Assembly (NCBI RefSeq): GCF_009914755.1
Contig: NC_060938.1
DNA: 64,000 nt
From: the human T2T-CHM13v2.0 reference genome, Homo sapiens
Strand: one strand, 5' to 3'
Below are positions 1 through 12,920 of this stretch, in pieces. A program made the translations under genes and the position numbers. The notes beneath the pieces were generated by a model. That model was not told the DNA's origin and did no database searches. It worked only from the letters and a program-made list of their open reading frames with translations. Every line of letters begins with the position of its first letter. Position 1 is the stretch's first letter.

Positions 1-3000
1 TATAATTTCAATTTTCTTAAATTTATTGAGGCTCATTTTATGGCCTATCATGTGGTCTATCTTGGAGAAAATTCCATGCACTGTTGAATAGAGGGTGGAT
101 TCTGCAGTTGTTGGATGAAATGTTCTGTATATATCTGTTAAGTCCATTTATTCCAAGGTATAGTTTAAATCCATTGTTCTTTTGTTGACTTTCTGTCTTG
201 ATGACCTGTCTAGTACTGTCAGAGGAGTATTAAAGTCCCCCACTATTATTGTGTTGCTGTCTATCTCATTTCTTAGATATATTAGTAATTGTTTTACAAA
301 TTTGGGAGCTCCAGTGTTAGGTAGATATATGTTTAGGATTGTGATATTTTCTTGTTAAACAAGGCCTTTTACCATTGTATAATGTCTCTCTTTGTCTCTT
401 TTAACTGCTGTTGCTTTAAAGTTTGCTTTGTCTGATATAAGAATAGGTAACCCTGCCCACTTTTGGTGTCCATTTGCATTAAAGGTCTTTTTCCACCCCT
501 TTAAGTTTATGTGAGTCCTTACATGTTAGGTGAGTCTCTTGAAGGCAGAAGATTGTTGGTTGCTGAGTTCTTATGCATTCTGCAGCTCTATATCTTTTAA
601 GTGGGGTATTTAGGCCATTTACATTTAATGTTAGTATTGAGATGTGGGGTACCATTGCATTCATTGTGCTATTTGTTGCCTGTGTACTTTGGTTTTTTTG
701 TTTTTGTTTTTGCTTTTTAAAATGTATTTTTGTATCACAGGTCCTGTGTGATCTATGTTTTAAACAGGTTCTGTTTTGATGTGTTTTCAGAATTTGTTTC
801 AAGATTTAGAGCTCCTTTTAGCAGTTCTTATAGTGCTGCCTTGGTAGTGGTGAATTCTCTCAGCATTTGTTTATCTGAAAAAGACTGTATCTTTCCTTCA
901 TATATGATGCTTAATATCACTAGATATAAAATTCTTGGCTGAAAATTGTTTTGTTTGAGAAGGCTGAAGATAGGGCCCCAATCCCTTCTGGCTCGTAGAT
1001 TTCTCTGCTGAGAAATCTGCTGTTAATCTAATAAGTTTGCCTGTATAGGTTACCTGGTGGTTTTGTGTCACAGCTCTTAAAATTCTTTTCTTTGTCTTAA
1101 CTTTAGATAACCTGATGACAATGTGCCTAAGTCATTATCTTTTTGCAATGAATTTCCCAGGTGTTCTTTGTGCTTCTTGTATTTGGATGTCTAGGTCTCT
1201 AGCAAGACTGGGGAAGATTTCCTTGATTATTCCCGCAAGTTTGGAAATGTTACCTGGTGCTTTCCAAACTTTCAGATTTCTCTTCTTCCTCGGGAGCACC
1301 GATTATCCTTAGGTTTGGTCGTTTAACATAATCCCAAACTTCTTGGAGGCTTTGTTCATATTTTCTTTGTTTTTGTTGGATTGGGTTAATTTGAAGATCT
1401 TGTCTTCAAACTCTAAATTTCTTTCTTCTACTTGTTCAATTCTATTGTAAGACTTTCCAGAGCATTTTGTATTTCTGTCAGTATTTCTATCAGTGTGTTC
1501 AATGTTTCCTGAAGTTTTGATTTTTTTAATGCTATCTATTTCCTTGAATATTTCTCCCTTCACTTCTTGTATTGTTTTTTGGATTTCCTTGCATTGGGCT
1601 TCACCTTTCTCTGGTGCCTCCCTGATTAGCTTAATAACTAACCTCCTGAATTCTTTTTCAGATAAATCAGGGATTTCTTCTTGGTTTGGATCCATTATTG
1701 GTGAGCTAGTGTGATTTTGGTGGTGGGGGGTGGGGGGCGGGGGGGTGGTGTTAAAGAGCCTTGTTTTGTCATATTACCAGTGTTGGTTTTCCGGTTCCTT
1801 CTCATTTGGGTAGGCTCTCTCTGAGGGAAGGTCTAGGGCTAAAGGCTGTTGTTCAGATTCTTTTGTCCCACACTGTGTTCCCTTGATGTAGTACTCTCCC
1901 CCTTTTCCTATGGATGTGGCTTCCTGTGAGCCACGTTGCAGTGATTGTTATTTTTCTTCTGAGTCTAGCCACCCAGCAAGTCTGCCCGGCTCCAGGCTGG
2001 TACGGGGGTTTGTCTGCACAGAGTCGGGTGATGTGAACCCTCTGTGGGTCTCTCAGCCATGGATACCAGCACCCGTTTTGGTGGAGGCGGCAGGGGACTG
2101 AAATGAACTCTGTGAGGGTTTTTAGCTTTGGTGGTTTAACGTTCTATTTTTGTATTGGTTGGCCTCCTGCCGGGAGGTGGCGCTTCCCAGAGAGCATCAG
2201 CTGTGGTAGTATGGAAAGGAACTGGTGGTGGTGGGGTTTCAGAACTCCCAAGAGTATATGTTATTAGTTTTCCGCTATCAGGGTGGACAGGGAAGGCCCA
2301 TCGAGGGGCAGGGCTGGGGGTGTCTGAGCTCTGACTTTCTTTGGGTGGGCCTTGCTATGGCTGCTGTGGGGGATGGGAGTGAGGTTCCCATGTCAATGGA
2401 GTTATGTACCTAGGAGGATTATGGCTGCCTCTACTGAGTCATGCAGGTTGTCAGGAAAGTAGGGGAAAGCCAGCAGTCACAGGCCTCACCCAGCTCCCAA
2501 ACAATCTGAAGGGCCATTCTCACTCCCACCATGCCCCTGCTAACAGCCCTGAGTCTGTTTCCAGGCAGTGGGCGAGCAGGTCTTGGGAACTTGCCCCAGG
2601 TTACTCACCTCCCAACTGCGAAAGAATAGGGCTTTGGTTCTTCCCCTACCTGTGGAGTCGGCACACTGGATTCGCACCCTTCCCCAAGTTCTGGCCAGCA
2701 AGCTTCTTGCCCTGTTCAAATTGTTACAGATTTCAGCTGGAGACTTCCTTCTCCCTGTGGCATTTTGCCCCACACCTCTGGCCACCCTCCCAAAGGGCTC
2801 CTGTGGTGCCATGCAGGAATGGCCTGCTTGAGATCCAGCAAGCTCCCAGGGCCTTTCCCCCTGCTTCCTCTACCCCTGTATTTCGCTTGGCTCTCTAAAT
2901 CGACTCAGCTCCAGGTAAGGTCAGAAACTTCTCCCACAAACTACACCTTCATTTTCCCCAGTGGGGGTGTGTGTTTCATAGCAGAAGGTCTCCCTTTCCC

Positions 3001-3222
3001 ATTTCCGCAGTTTGGGTACTCACAGTATTTGGGGGATCTCCTGGGTCCTGCAGAAGCAGTCCACTTCCTTCAGAGGGTCTGTGTGTCCTCTCAGGATTCC
3101 TGGTTTGTTCTTGAAGTCATTCTGACACTAAAATTCACCATGCAAGCCTCCGCATGCTGCTCTGTCTATCCAAGTCAGAGCTGCAATCTAGTCTTGCCTC
3201 CCATCCACCAGGATGATCCTGA
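1..3222 (-). mobile_element. Old LINE-1 (L1PB-like), 5' portion: 5'UTR, degenerate ORF1 and start of ORF2 endonuclease; continues off the left edge
   Basis: Minus-strand ORF 479..802 contains the L1 ORF2 N-terminus (MNAMVPHISILTLNVNGLN...CLQETHL, ATG at 664). ORF 1309..1695 is ORF1-like (MDPNQEEIPDLSEKEFRRLVIKL). GC-richer 5'UTR-like sequence runs to ~3220. Frameshifts and stops are present. Subfamily is from memory. Confidence 0.85.
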
Positions 3223-4707
3223 ATGAAGTCTAATTATTGTTTTTTATTCAACTGACCCTAACATAGGACTTGTTCTGTGCTAAGCAATGTGCTAAGCTGT
3301 GAAAGTTAGAGGGAAGGACACAAATTCAGGAAGAAAAAGGAATAAAACACTGTGCTTGCTTCCTAAAAACCCATAGTCCAGCAGGGACATCATATGTGGT
3401 AGTCTGAAAGCATATCCACTTTGAAGATGACTCTAGTCTCAGTTCCTGTCCAACTGCAACCTCATAAGAGACCCTGAGCAAAAACCACCCAGCTGAGCCC
3501 AGTCAACCCCCAGAACTGTAGAGATAGCAATAATAATGACAAACAACTGCCATTGTTTTATGCCGCTAAATTTGGGGTGGCTTGTTTCCCAGCTATACAT
3601 AAGTAGGATGTATGTGTATCCTGTGTAACTATGTATCTAAAAGCCAGATAGAAAATGATGAGTTTAAGAGAGGGACAGATAATTAGACGTAGAGTTCCTA
3701 GAGAGGCTAAACAGCCCACCTACACCTTTTAGCATTTCCAGGCAAGCATCAAGCCCTGAGCCCCTCTAACTCCAGGGATACATATTGTGTTGCATGAGTG
3801 TTTTGTTGAAGCTCTGCACTCTTAAGATAACATGGGGGAAGCACTTCTCTCCTTCCTCTTTGTAATTCCTTCTCAGTCTCCACCTCTCAACACCTTTCAG
3901 TCCTCTTTCACATGAGTAAAGCATTTAAGAATCAGGAGACCTGTTCTTGACCACCTACTCTGGAATTTTTGCATGGAGCTCTCTTTGGACTGTAGCATCT
4001 ATAGTCTTCCTACCTCCATCCAAACCAAGACTGGAAGAGCTTTGTTGTTGCTGTTCTGTATGAGCACATACCCATTTCTTACAAGACTGGAAGGAAACCA
4101 ATTATATCTAGTCATAAGCTGAACACCAGGTTTGCAAATGATTTTATTTTCTTCTCCAGGTTTTTTTTACTTTCCCATATTTTTCATGATGACCATTATT
4201 GCATTGCCAATCAAATTCAAAACAAGGACAGCCTTTTTAAGGGCAGATTAATTTCCTGGCTCCATTTGGAATCCAGGGAATGGGAAGGGGATTGGGAGCA
4301 GTTAGCAGGAGGGCAGCATAAGTGGAGCCTGTGCTGGAATGGGAGACCAAGACAGCCATTGAGAAAGGGCTGGGTTGCAATTTAGGATGCAGTGGAGCAG
4401 AGGAGGGTGTCAGGGAGTGGGATTCATGCCTACAGCACAGTTCAGGCAGTTTCTGGGATGCTGGAAAAAGCGGCTCCCTGCCGGGGACATCAGTGGTGTC
4501 ACAGCAGCTGCCCCATCTGGCCCAGTGGTATTTCCTAGGGGCAGAGAAGCAGTCAAGCCCTCTGCTTCCCCACATCCACCCTGGCCTTCCTGGTCAGGCA
4601 ACTTATCCCTGCTTCCTTAAATCAGTACTTGCCGAGAGTGTTGCAGATTTTAGGAGCTTGCCACTGGAACATCTGAGCAGCACCTCTGAGCAGGGCCTTT
4701 GGCATCT

Positions 4708-4745
4708 CTTCATTCATTCATTCATTCATTCATTCATTCATTCAA
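4708..4745. repeat. (TTCA)n microsatellite, probably an L2 tail
   Basis: About 9 TTCA units followed by L2-like sequence. Confidence 0.9.
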
Positions 4746-7290
4746 TGACTGACTTCTGTTAAGCATCTTCTATAGGCCAGGCCTGTTCTAATGTGCCCAG
4801 ATATGACTGTGGCACAATTCATTGTCCTCTGGGACCTTACAGATGATTAACAAGAAACACTTGGCCTTCAAATTGTAACAGGCAAGGGTTCAACAATCCT
4901 GAAGCCCTCCCAGAGACCTTAAGACAAGAAGCAGGCAGGACTGAGGCTGGAGTTAGCAACTGAGCCCAGCCTGCAGCCACACCAATTGCCGTCATTCCCT
5001 CCTTCTCCTGCAGGGTCCAAGTCAGTAGCTCCCACTACATGCCTGAGAGTTCTTTCCACCTTTCCTTTATATGGGCCTGCTCTTTGCAGGAAAAAATAAC
5101 TGCCGTAGCCCACGGGGACTGCATGGACTTCATGGGATTCAAGAATCTCCCTAAATTGTAAAACATACATCTGTGCATATTTCAGGGAGAGTTCAAAGCT
5201 TTCTTGAGATAATCAGGACCACAACTCAAAACAAGTTTAACAACATGGTTTCAGCCATGTGTACACCTTTGGGGATAAATGAGTAATGTACAACCCATCT
5301 GAAATAATACGACAGACTAACTCACGCTTCCACTGCACTCACTATGGCCAGATGCTATTCTAGGACTTTACAGATGTCAGTTTACTGATCTTGTTGACAA
5401 CCCTGAGATTTAGGGGCAATTATTACCCACAGTTTACAGATGAAGACACTGAGGCAGAGTTAAGTAACTTAAGTAGTGGTGGAGTCTAGATTCAACCCAG
5501 ACAGTCTGGCTGTCCACCACTGCTGGGATGGGAAGGGAAGAAGGAAGCACCCATTAAGACTGATACAGGGCTCAGAACATTTAAGAGTGCTGCCCCCCTG
5601 CCCTTAATATCAGTTTTCTGATTAGTGATTATTGCTTCTCATTTGACACGTGAAAAACTGAGGTTCAGAGAGGTGGAGTGACTTGCCCAAAGTCACAAAT
5701 CTCAGCAGTGAGGGAGCTTGTCTGACGCCAAAGCCCAGCCTCTGTCCAGAACATACCAGGGGCAGGCGCCAGAAACTAAAGGGCAGTGACTGTGTGCTCA
5801 TGGCAGGGACAAGCTGTCCATCCCCTGGGCTGCAGCCAAGCATACGCTAACCCCTGGAATCTGTGGCATCAGCCCCAAACTCACTGAAGAAGCAAGACTA
5901 AAAAAGCAAAACCCCAGACTGTAGACCATTGTAAGGGGAATAATGTATTTTCACATTCATCAGAGCAAAAATCCATGGCCATCTTTCACTCATTGACTTA
6001 CTCAGTCAACATCCATGGAGCATGTCCCCTGCACCACATTCTGCTCTAGCGCGTGGTACAGCAGTAAGCAAAGCAGCAGCTGCTATTCCGGTGGCAGGAA
6101 AAGTCTGTCCAAGTGGAGAAGCAGCAGATGCTGGGAAGGAATATGGGCTTCATGTTCAGTGGCCACGGAGCAGACCCTGACTCTGGAATCTGAGCTAACA
6201 ATGTCTCCGGGCTTACATTTTCTCATGTGTAAAATGGGCCAAGCTTAGTATACCTAGAGTGTATAGGCAAGGGAAAGAGAGAGATGACTGAGGGAAAGCG
6301 AGAATCCACTGAGACAGTAGCTCTCACTTTGCCTGACCTGCTAGCTTCCTCTCTTGTCCTGGTGTTGACCCATTTTGGACCTCAGGCCAGCTGGCTCCAG
6401 GGCTGTGCTTGTGCCTGCTCTGCCATCCCCATGTCTACATCGCTCAGGGCTCCCAGCCCACTGTGCTGCTCAGTGGTGTATATTTCACTTACCTTAAGGC
6501 CCAACGACTTGGAAACACATCCAGAAAGTCTGCTAGAGGATGCCTGAATGGTCAAGGTCATCTCAGTCAGGGCACCCAGGGCCACATTGCTCCCTGCAGT
6601 CCTTCCCCACATAGCTTGAGAAATGGCTGCCCCAGGAGGGTGCAAGGGTGCAAGGGTGCAGGGGTTCACTGATTACTGGGGAGAGAACAAGTTCAATTCC
6701 ATGGTTAAAGAAGAAAAATGCAAATTGAATACCTGGCCCAAGGAGGTTCCTGGTCCCACCCCATGCCACCCTTGCCCTGGGATGTACTCTCCTTATGGTC
6801 TGACCTATGAGATCTCAGTGGACTCTATCCTCAGAAATCACAGAGTCCAGGATTGCAAACTGGAGGCCCTGCTGTGAGGCCCTGCCCACAGGTGGGTCTT
6901 GCCTGGCCTGTAGAGAGCTGGCTCTCTCACTTCCACACATCCCCACCATTCCCCACCGTGGCACCATGGAGTCTTCCTTACCTGATCTAGGAAGGCGGCG
7001 CTGGAGCTTGCTGCCCCCTGTCTGATCCAGCCCCTCATGTTGTAGGAGGGAGGTGGGCGACTGAAGCTCAGAGAGGGAGTAAATGAGCTCAACTTCACAC
7101 AGCTAGTGAGGGGCTGGTTGGAGACCAGATTTTCCAAGTGGTTCCCCGGGCCCTCGGGGAGCAGCAAGGGCCAGGCGAACCTCCATGCACTGTACAAACA
7201 TGAAGAAGTGAACCCTCTTGGGGTTCCCCAGGTGGGAAGTGGGGTGTCTTCTTGGGAGGGGGTGAACCAACTTCTGGTGAGTTTTCCTTG

Positions 7291-7399
7291 TTGAAGCAAT
7301 GCTGCACCCGTAGCCTGTTTGTTAATAATTACCTGGTCGGGAGAGAGTGGGTGGTACTGAGAAGGCCTGGTTTGACCAGTCCTCCTGGGCTTGATAAGA
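7291..7399 (+). promoter_or_regulatory. SERPINA4: SERPINA4 proximal promoter: C/EBP-like, FOXA/HNF1 composite and GATAA TATA-like box
   Basis: TTGAAGCAAT 7291-7300; TGTTTGTTAATAATTACC 7316-7333 (HNF1 consensus GTTAATNATTAAC); GATAAGA 7393-7399 upstream of a GTGAGT donor at 7449. Confidence 0.6.
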
Positions 7400-7448
7400 C
7401 AGAGCTGAGACAGCCACCCAGGGGGTCCACTCCAGGACAGACTGTGCC
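7400..7448 (+). other. SERPINA4: SERPINA4 non-coding exon 1 (5' end approximate)
   Basis: Donor cc|GTGAGT at 7449, downstream of liver-type promoter motifs. Clade-A serpins have a non-coding first exon. Confidence 0.6.
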
Positions 7449-7894
7449 GTGAGTAACCCCTTGAGACAATGGAGACGAGAGACTCTAGAGGGAGGGTGAC
7501 CAACTGTTCCACTTTGCCCAAGACTGATAATTCTTCTGGGATATATTTTCAGTGCTAAAACCAGGAAAGTCCCAGGCAAGCTGGGACACTTTGTCACTCT
7601 TGCTAGAGGTGAGAAATACTCAGGCTAGAAAGGCCCTGACTTAGGGTCCATGGGCACTGGTGGGTGACTATGCCCGGAGACCCAGAAAAGCCTCCCCCAG
7701 GGACACACAGCTGGTACAGGGCGGCACTGACTGAGGGCCAAGGTCTTCTGGCTGCCAATCCAGGTGATCTTGGGGAGCTCATGCCGGAGGGGAGGTGTGT
7801 CTGTGAGTGATGCGGTCCTATGTATGTTTCTAAATGATCCCTCCAACTGCTGAGTGGAGAACAGAGAGCAGAAAGACTAGGAAGCTTTCTGCAA

Positions 7895-8266
7895 GGGTCT
7901 AGGTCAGGGGTCAACAAACCACAGCTTGTAGGTCAAATCCGGCCCACCGCCCATGAGCTAAGAATGCAAGATGTAAAATATAAATATAAAATATAAGTGA
8001 TAAGTATAAAAGATAAATATATAAAGCTATGAAAAATCAATAGAAGAACAACATTTTGTGACACAGGAAAATAATATGAAATTCACATTTCAGTGTCCGT
8101 AAGTGAAGTTTCACTGAAACACAGCCACGCCTCTTCATGCATGTCCGGTCTGTGGCTGTTTCCAGCTGCCACAGCAGAGTTGGGTAGTGGCAGCAGAGAC
8201 TGTGTGGTCTGCAAAACCACAGATATTACTATCTGGCGCTTTGCAGAAAAAGTTTTCTGAGCCCTG
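7895..8266. mobile_element. MER58-like hAT-Charlie DNA transposon relic
   Basis: caggggtcaacaaacc...caaatccggcccaccgcc...ttgcagaaaaagttttctgagccctg resembles the recalled MER58 consensus. Confidence 0.65.
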
Positions 8267-8321
8267 GTTGAGGATCATAGCAAAAGAGGGGGCGAGAGGC
8301 TGAAGAACCTACAGGAGAGTC

Positions 8322-8592
8322 TAGGAGTTGGAGACCAGCTTGGGCAGCATGGTGAGACCCCGACTCTATAAAAAATTAGCTGGGTGTGGCTGTGCATGCC
8401 TGTAGTTCCAGCTACTTGGAAGGGTGCATGCCTGTAGTTCCAGCTACTTGGAAGGGTGAAGTGGGAGGATCACCTGAGCTCAGGAAGTCAAGGCTGCAGT
8501 GAGCCATGATTACACCACTGCACTCCAGCTTGGGTGACAGAGTGAGACCCTGTCTCAAACAAACAAACAAACAACCAAACAAACAAAAAAAA
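8322..8592 (+). mobile_element. 5'-truncated old Alu (AluJ-like) with an internal 32-bp tandem duplication
   Basis: Alu linker and right arm (aaaaattagctgggtgtgg...cactccagcttgggtgacagagtgagaccctgtctc) with an (AAAC)n tail. Confidence 0.9.
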
Positions 8593-9436
8593 CCCAACCC
8601 TGCAGGTCATGGAAGTGGATTAAATGGATTTTGGGTGGATAGAAGCCTAGAAGCTTTTTGGCCTGACAACCGGATACTGGTGGGACCATTTGATGGGGCA
8701 GGAGCAGATTTGGGGGAGAAACTGGAGTATCCTTTCTTGGACAGATGTTCATTATGAAACGGGTACCAATTCTATCCCCACAACTTTGGGCAGGTCACTT
8801 ATTAAACATCCATGTCCTTGTCTGTACGGGGTAACAATACAAAGACCAGTTCTACTGACCTCTACAGGGGTGGGAGGGTCAAACTAAATGGCTGAAAGTG
8901 GTTTGTAAACCATATAAAGCACTCCACAGAGGTTTGTGGAACAGACCCTAAAATAAACTCTGAGGATAGCCATCCTCCATGCAAAATCACTGCACTAATG
9001 AAATCAACTCATCTGAAAGACAAGTGTGGGAGAAGCAGCACCTGAGTCTGGGGATGTGGGTTCTGGCTGGGATATGTGCTAGGTAGGTGACTTGGGTGAG
9101 TCACTTTGGGAGTCTTCATTTCCTGCTCTGTTGGGTGAGAATGGAGTCTAGTGCTGTGCAGAGCTCACACAGGTGGGAAACACAATGACATGATGGACAC
9201 AAGGAGTGTGCCTTGTAAGTCTAAAACATTGCCATCCAATAGTGTTGCTGTCACCATACATGTGGAAGGTGGTGGGTGTTACATTGCCTTTCACAAGCCC
9301 ATCTGCAGGAGTTGAGGGTGTCACTCACGATCTCCGGGTGCTGGCCCACTGCCAGCCTTCTCAGTAGGGCCAGGTGTTCTTCTGGGGGAATTTCCTGGGC
9401 ATTCTCTTCCCTCCCATAGGCCTGAGAGTGCAGAGG

Positions 9437-10085
9437 ATGCATCTTATCGACTACCTGCTCCTCCTGCTGGTTGGACTACTGGCCCTTTCTCATGGCCAGC
9501 TGCACGTTGAGCATGATGGTGAGAGTTGCAGTAACAGCTCCCACCAGCAGATTCTGGAGACAGGTGAGGGCTCCCCCAGCCTCAAGATAGCCCCTGCCAA
9601 TGCTGACTTTGCCTTCCGCTTCTACTACCTGATCGCTTCGGAGACCCCGGGGAAGAACATCTTTTTCTCCCCGCTGAGCATCTCGGCGGCCTACGCCATG
9701 CTTTCCCTGGGGGCCTGCTCACACAGCCGCAGCCAGATCCTTGAGGGCCTGGGCTTCAACCTCACCGAGCTGTCTGAGTCCGATGTCCATAGGGGCTTCC
9801 AGCACCTCCTGCACACTCTCAACCTCCCCGGCCATGGGCTGGAAACACGCGTGGGCAGTGCTCTGTTCCTGAGCCACAACCTGAAGTTCCTTGCAAAATT
9901 CCTGAATGACACCATGGCCGTCTATGAGGCTAAACTCTTCCACACCAACTTCTACGACACTGTGGGCACAATCCAGCTTATCAACGACCACGTCAAGAAG
10001 GAAACTCGAGGGAAGATTGTGGATTTGGTCAGTGAGCTCAAGAAGGACGTCTTGATGGTGCTGGTGAATTACATTTACTTCAAAG
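9437..10085 (+). CDS. SERPINA4: Kallistatin, coding exon 1 (gene exon 2; exon starts at 9420)
   Basis: MHLIDYLLLLLVGLLALSHG signal peptide; serpin motifs NIFFSPLSIS and LVNYIYFK; acceptor catag|9420; donor G|gtgag; 649 nt, phase 1. Confidence 0.98.
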
Positions 10086-10507
10086 GTGAGAGTCAGATCA
10101 TTGGTATATGCTAAATCCACACCACCGCCTCCAACCCACTAATTTGTTGACTGGTTAAATATATTTTTACAAAAATGTAAGTAAAAACGTTGTGTCTGAT
10201 AGGGTTGAGCAACCCTCAGGGAATGCAATGTGAGAATGTTGTATGTTGAAGACTCTGTAGTATTGAGGTTTCCATTCCTTCCTATCTTTAGACATATTTT
10301 CTTCATAAAAATAATGTATAAAATGCATTATAGCCAGTGATCATTAGTTGAATTGCTGGATTCATATCTGAGCTCAGCCTCTACCAACAGTGCAAACAGG
10401 TCAGCTTGTTTGCTCAAAGCAGGGATAAGACAAGTCTCTAATTCAAAGGTTGGCTTTGAGGATCAAATGATTAACCCATGTATATACTCCTTAGAAAAGG
10501 GTCTAAA

Positions 10508-10722
10508 GAGATGGGCAAACTACAGCCCATGGGCCAAATGTGTTCAGCCACTGGTTTTGTAAATAAAGTTTTATTGGCACACAGCCAGGCCCATTCATTT
10601 ATGTATTGTCTGTGGCTGACTTCATGCTACAATGGCAGGTTGATTCATTACTGCAGAGATTGAATGATCTGCAATGCCTAAAATAGTTAATATCTCTATA
10701 AACCTTTTGGTTTGTTGACCCC
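10508..10722. mobile_element. MER58A-like DNA transposon relic
   Basis: ggcaaactacagcccatgggccaaat...ttttgtaaataaagttttattggcacacagcc. Confidence 0.7.
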
Positions 10723-11519
10723 TGACCATTTTATGTACTCAATAAATAGCAACTATAATTCATCTAATGATAACAATGCTCATTTTGAAGCTTTAAAAAT
10801 ATGTAAAAGCATAAAGGAGAAAGTAGACATAATCTCTAGTCCTACCACTCAGAGGCAACAAATGTTAATGTTTTAGCATCTTTTCTTCACCTTCCATTCA
10901 CACACATATATGTCCACACAGTTGATTTTGCAGTGTGCAAACAACTTTGTACGGTGTGTATTAGCCAGGGTTTCATCAGAGAAGGAGAGCCACCTCAAGT
11001 CAATGGTAAGGAGATCATTATAGGAATTAGGCCCCACACAATTGCGGCTGGGAAAGTGAAGGTCTAGAGGAAAGAAGAGTTGGAAGGACAGAGAGAAAGT
11101 TGCCAATGTAAGCGGACAAGTCAGAGCTTAGAGGGGAATCTATATGCCAGGCTCAACCAGCCATCAGAGTGCTGCCATGGAGGGGAGCATCACTGCATAG
11201 TTTCTGTGGTAGCCTGGGGCTGCTGTTGTTTAGTGGGGTTAGACTTGGGAAATGAGCTTGGAGACAAGCAGGGCAAACTGGAGCACACAGAGCACTGCTG
11301 AGTCTGACCATCATCATATCTGACTACCAGGGCCTTCAGAGGGCAATCTACTTCGAAATCTCACAGTTCTAACCAGCTTGAACCCAAAATCTACAGGGAA
11401 CAAAATTCTAGGGAGCAACTCCCAGCCTAATGATTCAGCCAAATTAGTCATCCCATGTAATTTGCATGTGGAATTTTCATGAACCATTGAAAAGTTTTTT
11501 TAAAAAAGCTTTGTTTTGA

Positions 11520-11810
11520 GGCTGGGCATAGTGGCTCACACCTGTAATTCCAGCACTTTGGGAGGCCAAGGCAGGTGGATATTGAAATCAGAAGTTCAAG
11601 ACCAGCCCGGCCAACATGGCAAAACCCTGTCTCTACTAAAAATACAAAAAAAAAAAAAATTAGCCAGGCTTCATGGCACATGCCTGTAATCCCAGCCACT
11701 TGGGAGGCTGAGGCAGGAGAATCGCTTGAACCCAGGAAGTGGAGGTTGCTGAGATTTTGCCACCACACTCTGGTCTGGGTGACAGAATGAGACTCTATCT
11801 CCAAAAAAAA
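11520..11810 (+). mobile_element. Alu (AluS-like)
   Basis: Full dimer with A-rich linker and tail. Confidence 0.95.
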
Positions 11811-12920
11811 GTTTTGCTTTGAAATAACAAAACTTTTAAACTTTAAAAAAAAAATTAACTAAGGAAGGAAGAGAAACAGTAGTATGGGTTTCACTGTCAG
11901 GAAGACATTGGTTAGAATCCCAGATCCCTTGCTATTCCCTGGACTAAAATTCCTGGCATGGAGGCCTTAGTCCATTCACCCTACCTGCCACCACCTCACT
12001 GCACATCGCCTCCTGTATTTGCTTCCCTCCTCACACTGCAGCGATTCCATGGCCATCATTGTGGTCACTTCCTTGCAAACACTCTGAACTCTTAACTTCC
12101 TTGGTTTTCCCTCCCTCTATCATACTTACCCTCCAAAGCTGCAAACCTGCTTAAACCTAAAGGTCTAACTAGTCTACATCTGCACCCAGCAGCTGAATGT
12201 GGTTGAAGAAAAACATCCAACGGGGCTGATGGTCTCACTTGATATTTGTGAATGCAAATTTTCATTGATATCTCTACACTGTCCAGCAATCCTACCTACA
12301 TATCCCCACTCTCCAAAACAACTATAATAACAGATTCGTCCTTCTCAAATGTCCTCCCCACTCATGACTTTCACTTAACAATCTTGTCTCACTTTTCATT
12401 GAGAAAACAGAATCAGTTAAACAGGAAATCTCTCATCTTCTCACCTCCAAATCTACTCACCTCCAAATCTTCTCACCTCCAAATCTACTCGCCTCCCTGC
12501 ATTTGAACCCACAAGCTCAGATGCCCTCCTCTCATCATGGCAGTAGTGACCCACCTCTTATGGAAGGCTGACCCCTCTGCTCACACTCTGCCATCTCCTC
12601 TCTCCTTCTCAAGGATGCTCACCTAACAATGAAACTCTCTTTCCAGCACCCCTTGTTTCTTCTCTATCAATCCTACTCACATATTAGAAAACGAACATCC
12701 TCTGCTATCTCTCATTTTAAAATTTAAATGAGGCCTAAAGGATCCATTCCCCAGGCATGTCAGGTTTTGAATGGTCAAAATGGGACATCTTGATGGGCTC
12801 ATAGGGCAGGATCTGGAGCGACTGTTTCTGTAGCTCAGAACACCAGATGGCATTCCCTGGCTGGAGGACTAGCTCTGTGGCCTGCAGATGTCCTGTACCT
12901 TCTTTTCATCTTCCCTTCAG

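Noticed and set aside
6838-7521. 227-aa antisense ORF across the SERPINA4 promoter
   Set aside because: No recognisable domain and a non-ATG start; expected by chance in GC-rich DNA
9691-10120. Antisense ORFs over serpin exons (also 33654-33884, 60236-60866)
   Set aside because: Shadow frames of real coding sequence
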